From Owenia fusiformis (taxonomy: Eukaryota): 64,000 nt of DNA. The stretch is from positions 17,422,001 to 17,486,000 of the forward strand of contig CAIIXF020000001.1 of assembly GCA_903813345.2 (NCBI GenBank), written 5' to 3'. The position numbers and the translations under genes were made by a program. This document shows, in pieces, positions 24,451 to 36,712 of the stretch (position 1 is the stretch's first letter; each line of letters begins with the position of its first letter). The notes under the pieces were generated by a model that worked only from the letters and a program-made list of their open reading frames with translations, was not told where the DNA came from and made no database searches.

Positions 24451-25620
24451 CAAAAATATATCATTAACTTATAATCAGACCATGTATAGTTAATTTCCAC
24501 ATTTGTTTATGTAATACTACAGTAGTTCATTTAAGGGATTACCTGATTTAAAATGGATATTTTTCAAACATGAAATACAATACACAAAATATTAATTCAC
24601 TTGTGAGCAGTGTATGTATGAGAGCATCCTCTGATCACAGGGCTTCAAAATCCAGAATATATTCTTTCTTTTTACCCCCTGCGATAAGCAGTTAGCATTT
24701 CCCCAATTAAGAACTCGCAATCTGATTAGCTGTCGCAACAGTGTGACAGAAATCATGTATACATCATTGTGCATTATTAAATCAGTGATTCAGCAGGGGG
24801 AAGAAGGAGGTACGGATTCTGGATACCTGCTTAGGAGGATGGTATGAGAGGAGTCTTCATGTGATTCAAACTTCAAAATCCCAAATGATGTAATTCATAT
24901 CAAATATACAGTTGAAGTAGAATGTTGATATTAAATTTATTTAATTAATATGCCAGGTTTTGTGGTTACTACAAATACAAACTCCCAAATAGTAAATTAA
25001 TTGTGTTATGTTCAAAATCACAACTTGACAAATTAAATCAAATAAAGAAAAATTATTAAATCCCAAATTCATTTGGGACAGAGGCATTTTATTTGCAACA
25101 TTTGCTGTTTTGTGGATAAAAAAATTTATTGCAAATTATAGCAAAAATGCTCATTCCTCATGCATTGACATAGACTTTAATGTCCAGATTACTCATTTAT
25201 ACATCTAGCTATATAGTATTTAGTTTCTATACACATGAGTAACATTAGGTAAACATTTTGACTTTGATCTTTCCAGCTCTAGTCATAAATCATCAACAAA
25301 ATAATTTACAATTTTTACAATGGTTGATTCACGTATGCTACTTTTTATTAAGAATTGATCAATTTTAGAAGTTTGCGAAATAAATAAAATCAAATCCATA
25401 GGTTCTGGGCCGATATAAAGATGGCAGCATCAACAGAATCCAGCATTATCTGTTAAGAGAAACATAGATAAACACAGATCGATTATCATGCCATCTTTAT
25501 TTAAAAATGATTTCTATCGCCCATAGCATATGATCAAATCATTGATCTAAAGTGTATTTTTCAAAAAACGTTCACTGTCTCCTGCTACTGCTGTCTACTG
25601 AATACATTTTTTTTTTATTC

Positions 25621-26625
25621 CTATGTATTGTTATATCCAAATAATTCAACGACCTTGGCACAAGCTTTAATACTATGAACCATATGTATTTCTTCCTTAG
25701 TTAAACCAGTCCGCCATTTGTTTGGAATCTCTTTCGACTTGCGTTTAGTGCCATGAAGTATTTGGTCACTTCCTGAAAATGTATTATTATTTATCCAATC
25801 AGCAACTCTATTATGAAATGGAATATTGATAAACTCGTACAACTTTTTCGCAATGCTTAATGGATCATAAGCAATGTGCTCATACTGTATCAGTTTTATC
25901 AAGGGCATCTTATGTAATTGAGATGCTGATTCTCTGGAGAGCCGTTGTAGAAATTCATAATTTGCTAAATCCATCTTGCACAAATCATTCATGTCTCTAA
26001 GTTTGTCAGCCATATGCATATACATATTCTGACTTGGTAGCTGTTTCCTCGAATTAAGTACACCCCTAGGATCTCTGATCAAGAAGAACAAAGCAGTGTC
26101 ACTGCCTAGAACACCAGCAACACGCTCTAATGACTCTGCACGGATTATTTTTATCGCCACTATCTTTTTACTTGCACAAAGGTGTGGAACACTTTCAACG
26201 TCGTCAACACCCCTAAAGGTACTTTTCCATTTGCATTTTTTATTATTTTTCACCCTTGACAGAAAATCATTGTTACCAAAATCACAATTCAATATGTATT
26301 TTATGTATGCATTTTGTATTGTTGTTTTGTCTTTGGGATAATCGAAGTCGTGTTTTAAGCAGCCACAAATACGCAGTGGCTCAAATATGTAAAACACATC
26401 TGGATGCTGCGAAAACAATTCAGAAAAGAAAGTTGATCCACTTCTCATATATGTAAATATAACTATTTTTGTTATATTCCTAGTATTATAGCTACCATCA
26501 TTGGTAAGTGTTGAAAAATTGTTTGGTGTTCTGTAAGCATTAGATATTACATAGATTATAAATATAACGTTCGCAAGAAGTACTAGTGAAATTAATCCAT
26601 GTTTTCCTGCTTTCCATCCAGGCAT
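25621..26625 (-). CDS. Golgi type II membrane carbohydrate sulfotransferase, CHST1/3/4/5/6-like, copy 1 (334 aa from first in-frame ATG)
   Basis: N-terminal TM helix (LISLVLLANVIFIIYVI), 5'-PSB motif YMRSGSTFFSELFSQHPDVFYIFEPL, 3'-PB motif LIRDPRGVLNSR, IQYEHIAYDP, C-terminal KWR...C...FGY. Confidence 0.9.
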   Translation of the reverse strand: MPGWKAGKHGLISLVLLANVIFIIYVISNAYRTPNNFSTLTNDGSYNTRNITKIVIFTYMRSGSTFFSELFSQHPDVFYIFEPLRICGCLKHDFDYPKDKTTIQNAYIKYILNCDFGNNDFLSRVKNNKKCKWKSTFRGVDDVESVPHLCASKKIVAIKIIRAESLERVAGVLGSDTALFFLIRDPRGVLNSRKQLPSQNMYMHMADKLRDMNDLCKMDLANYEFLQRLSRESASQLHKMPLIKLIQYEHIAYDPLSIAKKLYEFINIPFHNRVADWINNNTFSGSDQILHGTKRKSKEIPNKWRTGLTKEEIHMVHSIKACAKVVELFGYNNT

Positions 26626-28366
26626 TGTTTCATGAAGCACTTCCACTGTGTATATGTGTAAATTGTCAACTGATATCCTGAAATTGCGACCTGCGATGAA
26701 ACAGCTTTATTTCACAACAGTCACAAGCATTATTTATAAATCGGATCAAGCAAGCAACTTTTTCAAAAATGGATAAAAGCAGCTTAATTTTATCCGATAG
26801 GCCTTTACAAAAGAAGAATGGCAATTCTATTATAGTTGCAAATCGCAATGAATGAAATAACATATAGTCTATGGTATGACTTCCGAATATGGATCCGTAC
26901 ACGACAAGCGCAGCAACATTTGAAGCAATATTTATGGAGGTGCATATGTCTTGATTCTTTTAAAATACCATTTGCTGAAAAAACTTAAGGCTTTCGGGTC
27001 GAAAAATGTCTTTCATCACAAGGGGTCAAAAAACGTAAATATTTCGATTCGACCTTTTAGGGCCAACACAGTTACAACATGTAGTCTGTATATTTTCTTC
27101 CATGCCAATTAAAATCGAGTGGATCACCGGCCAGTGAACTGAGTTTGAGGATGAGATGAAAGATACACGAGCAAAATGTCGACTGTCACGACGATCTAAT
27201 CCCAATTTCAAAAGTTCCAAATATCAACACATCTCACCTTTTCAGGATGGTTAGTGTTAAGCTAGCCGTGCACCAATGGGACATGTCTGACTTGGTCCCT
27301 TTGTCCGTTTTGTCCCAACTTGATCCGCTGTCTGGCTGTTGTCTCCCGTACATCAAAAATGTCCACGTTGTCTCATGAGTGTCCCCTGGAAATGTCCGAG
27401 CTTGTCCCTTCATGTCCCATGAAAATATTTCACTCTATAGCCCCCATCATTTCCCATTGTTGTACGGCCATCATCATAAACCATGACATCTTATATCTTC
27501 TCAGCCCTGAGATGTTTCGGGTGAAACAGAAGCACGGTGCCCAAAAAATCGTTCCGGTGTAAAAGGGTAGGAGGTCCTATCAAATTATGGTCCTACTCTC
27601 CATTGATTTATATGGTGACCTAAATACAACTCTTTCCTTTATTATCTTACACACACTCAGGGCCAGTAAGGGCCGTTTAGAAAGGGGACCATAAATTGTC
27701 CATAATCCCCGGCGGAACATAATTTCTTTCACACCTGACTTGTTTTTTCACAACCATTTGGACTCGATTTATGGAAAAGTGTGGTAGGTTTGTAAAGGAG
27801 AGGTATCGATATGGTGAACTGAATCCAACAATTACTGAAAACATTCTATAAAAAACACTGTCCTTTATGTAATGTTGACTGATTGGCAACAATTTAATGG
27901 AAAAATCATTTACATATATTTTATATAACTGTTTTTGTTAACGTTTTTTGTTTTTTAGTACAATTGTTTTTGTTCCTTTCTACCAATTCTAAGAATGAAA
28001 TAAAGTGCCTTTCCAAACCTTGTTGGAACAAAATAGCATATACATTTTCTTAGACCTCTCAATATTATAGTTATACAAAGGAAATTTTGGTTGATTTAAC
28101 GAAAAGTATGTAAAAACTTAAAACAAAACCCCCCAAAATATATAAAAATTAAGATAAACATTTTATTTCATTAACAAGATACTTTTTTTAAATCGACCAA
28201 ACTTTCCTTTGTACAATTACAATATTGAGAGGCCTGAACACGTTGTGTTTATGTCGCTTTGTTCCAATGAGGTTCGGATAGATGTTTCATTTCATTCTGA
28301 ACATATGACACCACAAGAACGAAAGAAGTGTCTGATGTGGTTTCCAAAACAATATAGAGAAAAGTA

Positions 28367-29374
28367 TACAAGGGTCGATCCAGATATTCTGATAAAAATG
28401 CTCTCATTTTTTTATTTTTGGGAGTTATAACATCAAACTTGCACAAAATGAGGATAATTTAATTGCTCATAAAATATGTAAGTTTAGTCAACATACGGGC
28501 ACTAATGCGTTGCTAGGGTAAAAAATTTGGTAACCATGGAAACGGGACCTGGGACAAGTAGCTTTTCTGTCTCTTCATATTTTGTCTTTACATACTTTTA
28601 TATCCATTATGACCCATTTTTGAGTCAAATATTCTTCAATTAGCATTTTAGCAGGTGCACCTACAATCAATTAAGTGCTTTGTGACATCACAACAGACAA
28701 TTGTCCATTGTGAGCGAATAGAAGCTGGCTCCAAATTCAAATCACTTGAGCAAGTTTGCAGGTATTGAGAATCCATCTGAGATAAGCCGTGAATAAACAT
28801 CGCCCTGACAGAGATTTTACTGACTTCATCCTCCACCATGATAGTGCCCCATCTCATTGAAGTGAATGTGTGCAAACTGCTATCAGAGAGAGCATGGGTA
28901 TGGAGCTGTCGGTCATCCCCATATTCCCCTGATTTAGCGCCATTGGATTTTGCGATTTTTGGGAAACTGAAGAGTGACCTCAAAGGCAGGCGTTTTCATG
29001 ATGTCAATTAATGAGATGAAACAGGCAGTTATGCGTTCCCTGCACACCAACTTCCCTGACTGCAATGATGTATATACTCGCTGGGTTGATAGACGTAGAC
29101 GATGTGTGGCTGCACAAGGACATTATTTTGAGCGCATGCGTACATAAAGGACATAATAGTTGATTTAATCAGTCTGTGAGACTCTTGATTTTGTAGCTAA
29201 ACTTTTATTCTAGTTTTATTGTCCCAGGTGCAGTTACCATGGCAACGAAAAAGTTTTATTTTTATATCTTTTGCCAAAATAAAATATCTTTTGTCTGTCC
29301 AAATTACAAGTAATAACTTCCAAAAATAAAGAAATGAGAGCATTTTTATCAGAATATCTGGATCGACCCTTGTA
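28367..29374 (+). mobile_element. Internally deleted mariner element with transposase remnant
   Basis: TIRs tacaagggtcgatccagatattctg / cagaatatctggatcgacccttgta; remnant ILHHDSAPSH*, PYSPDLAPLDFAIFGKLKSDLKGRRF, WVDRRRRCVAAQGHYFE with stops and frameshifts. Confidence 0.9.
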
Positions 29375-30020
29375 TACAGGGTGTCCCGAAAGTATGGGGG
29401 CCCCCCTAGGCAGACATATTCCAGTGTCCTCATAGTATGTATCATATATCATTTTAAAGCTTATCCAAAGTTACATTGATTTGCCAAGTATTATGGTTTA
29501 ACTCCCAAATGGGAAAAAGTTACAGTCATTTTAAAAGTTAGTGTTTTGTCAAAATAAAGTTCAATTTTACACCACACTACTAGTGTATGAGACCCCCCTT
29601 GGCTATGTTAACAGCAGCAATTATTTTCAAATATGACCTTAAAAGCCCTTCAAAAAGGGATGTGGAATTTCATAACCCTCTTAAAACCTGTTAAGGCACT
29701 TTAGAAGAGTTTCCTTAGAGTTTCTACCCTCACCATTCTCTTTTTCCAACTCAATATCCATCCGACCCGAAAAGAATTGCTGCTGTTAAGATGGCCTGGG
29801 AGGACACATTGACTAGTGATTTGGTGTAAAATTGAACTTAATTTTGACCAAACACTAAATTTTGAAATGCCTGTAATTTTTTAACATTTGAGAGTTGAAC
29901 CATGATACTTGGCGAATCAATGTAACTTTGGATAAGCTTTAAAATGAAATATGACACATACTTTGACAACACTGGTATATGTCTGCCTAGGGGGGCCCCA
30001 TACTTTCGGGACACCCTGTA
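29375..30020. mobile_element. Tc1/mariner-type MITE (CAGGGTG termini), largely palindromic
   Basis: tacagggtgtcccgaaagtatgggg ... ccccatactttcgggacaccctgta. Confidence 0.88.
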
Positions 30021-32561
30021 TATATATAATTCATATTGATAATGTTACCATCCAAAAGATGACCACTAAATTGTCGATGTGTAAAATTTTCAGAATGTTT
30101 TGAAGACTGGTTTAAGAGAAACGTGTGTTAAAAAGTTCACCATATCGATACCACACTTTTGGTTATGACATTGCTTTCACTTGACTTTATGTAAATATAT
30201 TGGATTTCAATAACTTACCATACTTTATCTTCAACTTCAGGCACCCGCAAACGCGTTAATTGTAAGAACCGTTTGCTATAGTCTGGTTATTTCGGGAAAT
30301 GAGCGATTCTGTCAGTGTTTTTACCTATTTTGCCTGAAAATCACTAGCCTGTTTTGTATCTAATGAATACACCAATCCATAATGAAAGTAGCCATATTGT
30401 GAACGCAAATCACGATTTAAAAGAGTTTAGATAAGTAGCAATTGTCGAAACAATCTTTTTTAGATTGAACCATTTGGACGTGACCAAAATATTCCACTTA
30501 ATGATGTTGACTTGTTATTCTGTTATTGGAACGATTCTGACTTGTAGCACACATTGAGGTTGAACCATTTAGAAGTGTGGAACAGTTCCATAAACATTAT
30601 ATATTTCCAACAAATCATCACAGTGGATTAGGACAGTGGAAGAAATCGTCTAAATGATAATATCATTAATTAAACGTATTAAGAGATACTTGTCTAGATT
30701 ATGGAATCATTACAGATAAATGTACTTTACTTGATCGTTTCCAGGGCCAAAAGGCTTGTAGAGAGAAAGGATGGTTGTTTACTTTTTCTGTGTTTTGCCT
30801 CTTTGCTTTTTTTAATTTCGGAATATGTTTATTGGCTTTAAACTGACTCCCATGCTAATATTAATGCAAAGAAATTTAGTGAAAGTTGAGAAGAAATAGT
30901 TCGTTTTAACCGTCATTTACTGTTAAAAATCCACTGGTTTGCCTCTGGATTGTTAACAATTTGATTCGTTATTATTTGTTATCATTTTATAATTTGCCTC
31001 ACAGCATGCACATATTTGCATCATATTCTTCTTTAGACATTCCCCTTAACTTTCAATGCACTAAATTAGGGTTGGCTAATAAAATTTGGAACATCTTTCT
31101 ATTTATTCAATTTTCTTTATACTTGCAGTTCAGTCCACAAAAATTCAGATAATGATATAATAATTATTTGTGAAAATGTTAATCATAAAAGTATGTATGT
31201 ATGATTATTTTTGGCTCGTCATGGTCATGATCTGTATACTGCGTAAGTCATGGAATTTTCCAATTTTTCTCTGCTTTAAACATCATTACTGGAAATACAG
31301 CATCTCATATCATACATTATTACCACCTTGCAGGGCATGTTCTAGGGGTTTTAGTACTAGTTGAGAAGGCATTTAAATTGCTATATTGACGTGAGCAATA
31401 TTGTGTCGAGCGTTAATGACTTTAGTCGGGCAATAATGACATTATCCGCCCGGCTATGTTTCCCGGGAAAAGTGATGTCGTTCAGTGCGTAAGATTTTCT
31501 ATTTCAAATTTGCTATCTCAGCCCTGGGCCATAACGGTGGTAATAATAGTAATAACGTCATTTCTGCGGACAAAATAGTGAAATAGCGGCCCTTGGTCCA
31601 ATATTGAACAAATATTTCACTCTATTGAGGTGAATACCTGTACATCTTTCACAAGTGATATTCCACGAAGCCCGAAGGGCAAGTGGAATATCACCTTGTG
31701 AAAGATGTACAGGTATTCACCGAAAATAGAGTGAAATATATGTTTTATTGTATCATGTATATGCATGTACACTCTAACATCAACTTTTCGTCTTCAGATA
31801 TTTTTACGAATCTACTCGGTTCGTCTGCCATTTTGACTTACACTTTTCTAAATTATTTACACTGAACGAAAACAAATTCTTTGAAAATTCCCGGGAGTGT
31901 GGGATATCGCTAGATATCTCACGGTTGTCTTATCTGATTAGCATTGCCATTGAATATCGCCAGATATCCCACGACATGTGACCCGGTTTTGACCAATCAT
32001 AATGTCGCTAGCTAGATAGTGATATAATAATTCACTATATTGCCCTTTGAAATGACGTTATTGTACTATTATCCAGGGGAGACATGTCTAGTTTCTCCTA
32101 GAGATAACTACATAATGTTTTAGTTGATGGAAATTGTGTTGAGACTATTTGAAGGGCACATATTTATAGGATATCCTATGATTTTGAGGAATATCATTTT
32201 TATCTACGAGGTGATATTGATATCTGCACGAGAGAGCAAAGCGAACGAGTGCATATATCAATATCACCGAGTAGATTAAAATGATATTCTGAAAAAAATC
32301 ATAGGATGTTCTTATTATCCTACACTTAAAAGGAGTGTACTAAATGTATAATATCATTGCAAAATGAATTTCATGCCAAATAGAGTCAATTTGGCGGGAA
32401 ATCAACAAGCGGAGTATATCGTCACAATATCCTCCGCATATTGGGTTTTCCGGAGTATATCGTCACGATATCCTCCGCCCGGAGTATATCATCACGATAT
32501 CCTCCGGTTATTCATTTTTTAATGTTATTATACATTTAGTACACTAAGTGTAGGATAATAT

Positions 32562-32954
32562 AGCTTAATTGGCCTCAGCTTTTTTCAAAACTGGCACAAT
32601 ATGTCTCAAACCTATCATTTAAGCCAAGCATAATACAGGTCATGCTGATTGATCAGGTGGGTGGAGGACATGTTCAGTAATTAAATGTGCTTGTATGTTC
32701 ATATTTACAGAAGCTGTTGACGATGAATTGTTTTTCAATTTTCTAAAGTATTGAAGATAATACATGATAAACAAAAAAGTTACAATCAATGGAAAAATGT
32801 TCCAATTTTTTTTATTCAACGCAAAAGTTTTCTGAACTTGTACTCCCTCAACCTGAACAATCAGTCTGAGCTCTATTTGGCAGCCATTCATGGCTTAAAT
32901 GATGTTTTGAGACATATTGTGTCAGTTTTGAAAAAGAGCTGAGGTCAGTTAAGC
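32562..32954. mobile_element. MITE with roughly 65-bp TIRs
   Basis: gcttaattggcctcagctttttt... versus ...aaaagagctgaggtcagttaagc. Confidence 0.7.
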
Positions 32955-33401
32955 CAAATGATTCAAGGGAGACATATCTTGCTTCTCCTAAAGACAATTA
33001 CATATGTTTTAATTGATGGAAATTGTGTTGAGACCATTTGAAGGGTACATATTGTATGGTATGAAAGATACTATATTTTCAGTAGTGATGTCTCAAGCAG
33101 AGATAAATTGGAAATCCTCCATGACACATGCAGAATACAAATCATGACCATGACTACCCAAAAATAATCAAACATACATATTTATCTCTAACATTAGAGA
33201 CGTACGTACAAAAAGCTCAGCTTCACCGCTATTTCATGGCCTAAATTCTATAGGTTTTGCCTTTTCACGGGAGAGGTGTCCACTAAGGCTGGATTTGCTG
33301 TAAACTTACAATAATGATTTGAGCCCCAAATATATTTTGAAAAGAATATATACAAACATCATTGATTACCGAAATACATAACCACCATAGCCATGAACTG
33401 T

Positions 33402-34235
33402 TTAAGTTGTCATTTACACAGGCTGGTATCGAAATATTTGTCCGCTGTGACGGAGCATGCTATTTTTCATAAAAACACTAAGAATACTTCACGATTTATT
33501 TTTTAACTCATATGTTTCGTTATACCATACAAAATTACTTACTCCATGCAATGGATATATCATTTGCGGGTAACTTTCACTTCTGTTTGAAGTCCAATTA
33601 CGCTGGGAAGAAAAGCTATTGAAAATGGCGCCGGAGTATCATACTTCAAAATGTACCATTTCTTGTTTAACTTTCTAATGGCACAATATAGTGACACGAT
33701 AATATTTACACATGGTTTCAGCATAACTATGAAGGTAAAATGAGATGTTGATGTATTTGGTCTTTTTAATTCTTTTATAAAAAAAAATGTTTAATTTTTT
33801 TGTCCGCTGTGACGGAGCAGTTGCAAATGTGAACTGTGAAAATGCTCCGTCACAGCAGACAAAAAATATTAATATTATTTTTTATTAAAAAAATTAAAAA
33901 GACCCAATGCATTAATATCTCATTAATACATTCAGAGTTATGCTTAAAACATATGTTAATATCATCGTGTCACTATATCATGCCATTAAAAAGTTAAAAA
34001 AGAAATGGTACATTTTTGAGTTTGATACTCCTAGCGTTATTGAACTTCAAACAGAAGTGAAGGTTACACGCAAATGATATATCCATTGCATGGAGTAAGT
34101 AATTATCTTTGATATAACGAAACATATGAGTTAAAAAATAAATCGTGATCCATTCTTAGTGTTTTTATGAAAAATAGCATGCTCCGTCACAGCGGACAAA
34201 TCTTTCGATACCAGCCTGTGTAAATGACAACTTAA
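33402..34235. mobile_element. TTAA-flanked, almost fully palindromic MITE
   Basis: ttaagttgtcatttacacaggctggtatcgaaa ... tttcgataccagcctgtgtaaatgacaacttaa; arms of about 400 bp meet near 33830. Confidence 0.9.
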
Positions 34236-35689
34236 ATTCCAACGGCACATTTTCTATCATTTTTCCAAATGGTTTGTAAGACAGAAGGACGGGTGGAGAT
34301 CTACTTCATTTTTTCCTGAACTTCAATGGGATGATGACATAGCTGTTTGCGTAATGTCTTTCTTTTATGTTGTTAAACATTAACAAACTGTCAATATCAG
34401 GATTTCAAATGTTCAATTAAAACTAATGGCCAGATTACTCATTCTAGTCAGCCTCAATTTGGAATGTGCATTAGGAACATATGGTGAACAAAGATCATAA
34501 ATCTAGCTGACAAAAAGAATCTTTTTCATGTATTTTGGACCTTTTCATACAGATGCACAATTTTCGACAAAGATTAAGTCACTTTTGGGAGAGAATTTAT
34601 TCATATAATAGCATTCTGTTCAATTGCAAAATAGATGTTTAACAAATGAGCATGTTAATTGCGTCATGTTTAACATTGTTTATATACTAAATCTAGTATG
34701 TGGTGTTTATATAACATGAATTCAACATTATCACCATCAAAATATTTTAATTGATCTGAAATGCAATTATGACGTGCGCGGACCTAGGGACAATTCGAGA
34801 ATACGGGCTAATGTCACATTTTAAAAGTGTTAGTTCCCGCCTTGTCAAAAAGCTAATTACGTGACTCATATATCACTTTAAAGCATTCTTTATGTTCCTA
34901 GCCAAATTTGATGTGATCTACCATATTTTTAAGGCTAAATATATCTCGACATCGCAAAATACGTTGGAAGACATAACAATTTACCCTTGCATTAAATTGG
35001 GATAAGTTTTGAAATAATGATCAAAACACCACTAAATGTCACATTTTGCTCTGTTCAATGCACCATTTGCTTTACGACGTCATAACGATCACAATTCGAA
35101 TTTTCCTATGTGGACGTTTTTAAAATCTTCAAAATTGTAAGGTTTTGAAGGCGAAGGGGATGAGCGAGAAGTTTACCTTTATTTGACCTTCTAATTGAGG
35201 TCTGATTTGAATAGAAGATTAATTGCTCATGTTGTCCTTGCGAAATGTACAAAACAATAACCGCATCACAGATTTTACAAATAATATTAAAATAAGAGCT
35301 GATTTACGAGACTTGATAAAATTTAACGCATCCATTTTTCACGTCAAATTCCTTGCATATCAGTTTTGACCGCTTCAAGTAAATCTCCTTACCGTTTTTT
35401 CAAAATTCAAAGACATTTTAGAAATATTGACCTCGAGATCCTGTTGCTCTGTGAATCGTATCAGGATTGAATAAGGATAAAGCATTTTATTTTTAGGTTG
35501 ACTAAACTTGACAAAATGTAACGCCTGTCGTGTTTGATGTTAACATTTCATGTTTTGCCCATTGTTTTGTTCCGGCATTTCGACGCCATAATGTTACGCC
35601 AATTGTCCCCTGTTTTGCGCGACCTGTAATTGTATCCTAAGTTGCAGTCTGTTACTGGATACAAATTTTTTTTTTCTTTGTACTGCCAA

Positions 35690-36712
35690 TTATAATCCCA
35701 AAAGTTCAATGACCCTGGCACAAGCTTGGATACTATGAACCATATGTATTTCTTCCTTGGTTAAACCAGTCCGCCATTTGTTTGGGACCTTCTTTGAATT
35801 GCGTTTAGTGCCATAAGGTCTAGGTTTACTTCCCGACAATGTATTTTTCATTATCCAATCGGCAACTCTATCATGAAATGGAATATTGATAAACTCATAC
35901 AACTTTTTTGCATTGCTTAATGGATCATAAGCAATGTGCTCATACTGTATCAGTTTTATTAAGGGCATATTACGTAATTGAGATGCTGATTTTCTAGAGA
36001 ACCGCTGTATAAATTCATAATTTTCTAAATTGTTCTCGCATAAAACTTTAATTTTTCTAACTTTGTTAGTCATATTAGTAAATGTATCAGGAAGATGTTT
36101 CCTCGAATTTAGAACACCCCTAGGATCTCTGATCAAGAAGAACAAAGCAGTGTCACTGCCTAGAACACCAGCAACACGCTCCAATGACTCTGCACGGATT
36201 ACTTTTATCGCTTTTATCTTTTTACTGGCACACTGGTGTGGAATACTTTCAAAGTCATCAACACCACGAAAAGTTACCTCCCATTTGAATTCTTCATGAT
36301 CTTTCAACCTTGACAAGAAGTCATTCTTATCAAAATCACAATTCAATATGTCTTTTATATATGTATTTTGTATTATGGTATTGTCTTTGGGATGATCGCA
36401 GTGTTTTAAGCAGTCCCAAGCACGCAGTGGCTCAAACATGTAAAATACATCTGGATGCTGCGAAAATAATTCAGAGACGAAAGTTGATCCACTTCTCCAA
36501 TGTGTGAAAATCACGATTTTTGTTATGTTCCTATGATTTGTTGTATTTGGTAAATTCGCCAGACGTTTAATATCATAGCTTCCACCATCGGTAATTGTTG
36601 AATGTATTTTAGGGGTTCTGTAAGCGTTAGATATTATATAGATTATAAATATAACGTTAGCAAGAAGTGCTAGTGAAATTAATCCACCTTTTCTTTCCTT
36701 CCATCCATACAT
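35690..36712 (-). CDS. Carbohydrate sulfotransferase, CHST1/3/4/5/6-like, copy 2 (340 aa from first in-frame ATG)
   Basis: TM helix, HWRSGSTFVSELFSQHPDVFYMFEPL, LIRDPRGVLNSR; intact ORF paralogous to copies 1 and 3. Confidence 0.9.
   Translation of the reverse strand: MYGWKERKGGLISLALLANVIFIIYIISNAYRTPKIHSTITDGGSYDIKRLANLPNTTNHRNITKIVIFTHWRSGSTFVSELFSQHPDVFYMFEPLRAWDCLKHCDHPKDNTIIQNTYIKDILNCDFDKNDFLSRLKDHEEFKWEVTFRGVDDFESIPHQCASKKIKAIKVIRAESLERVAGVLGSDTALFFLIRDPRGVLNSRKHLPDTFTNMTNKVRKIKVLCENNLENYEFIQRFSRKSASQLRNMPLIKLIQYEHIAYDPLSNAKKLYEFINIPFHDRVADWIMKNTLSGSKPRPYGTKRNSKKVPNKWRTGLTKEEIHMVHSIQACARVIELLGL

Noticed and set aside
26096..26456. Plus-strand ORFs repeated at 36030-36507 and 46291-46968
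   Set aside because: Antisense shadows of the sulfotransferase paralogues.
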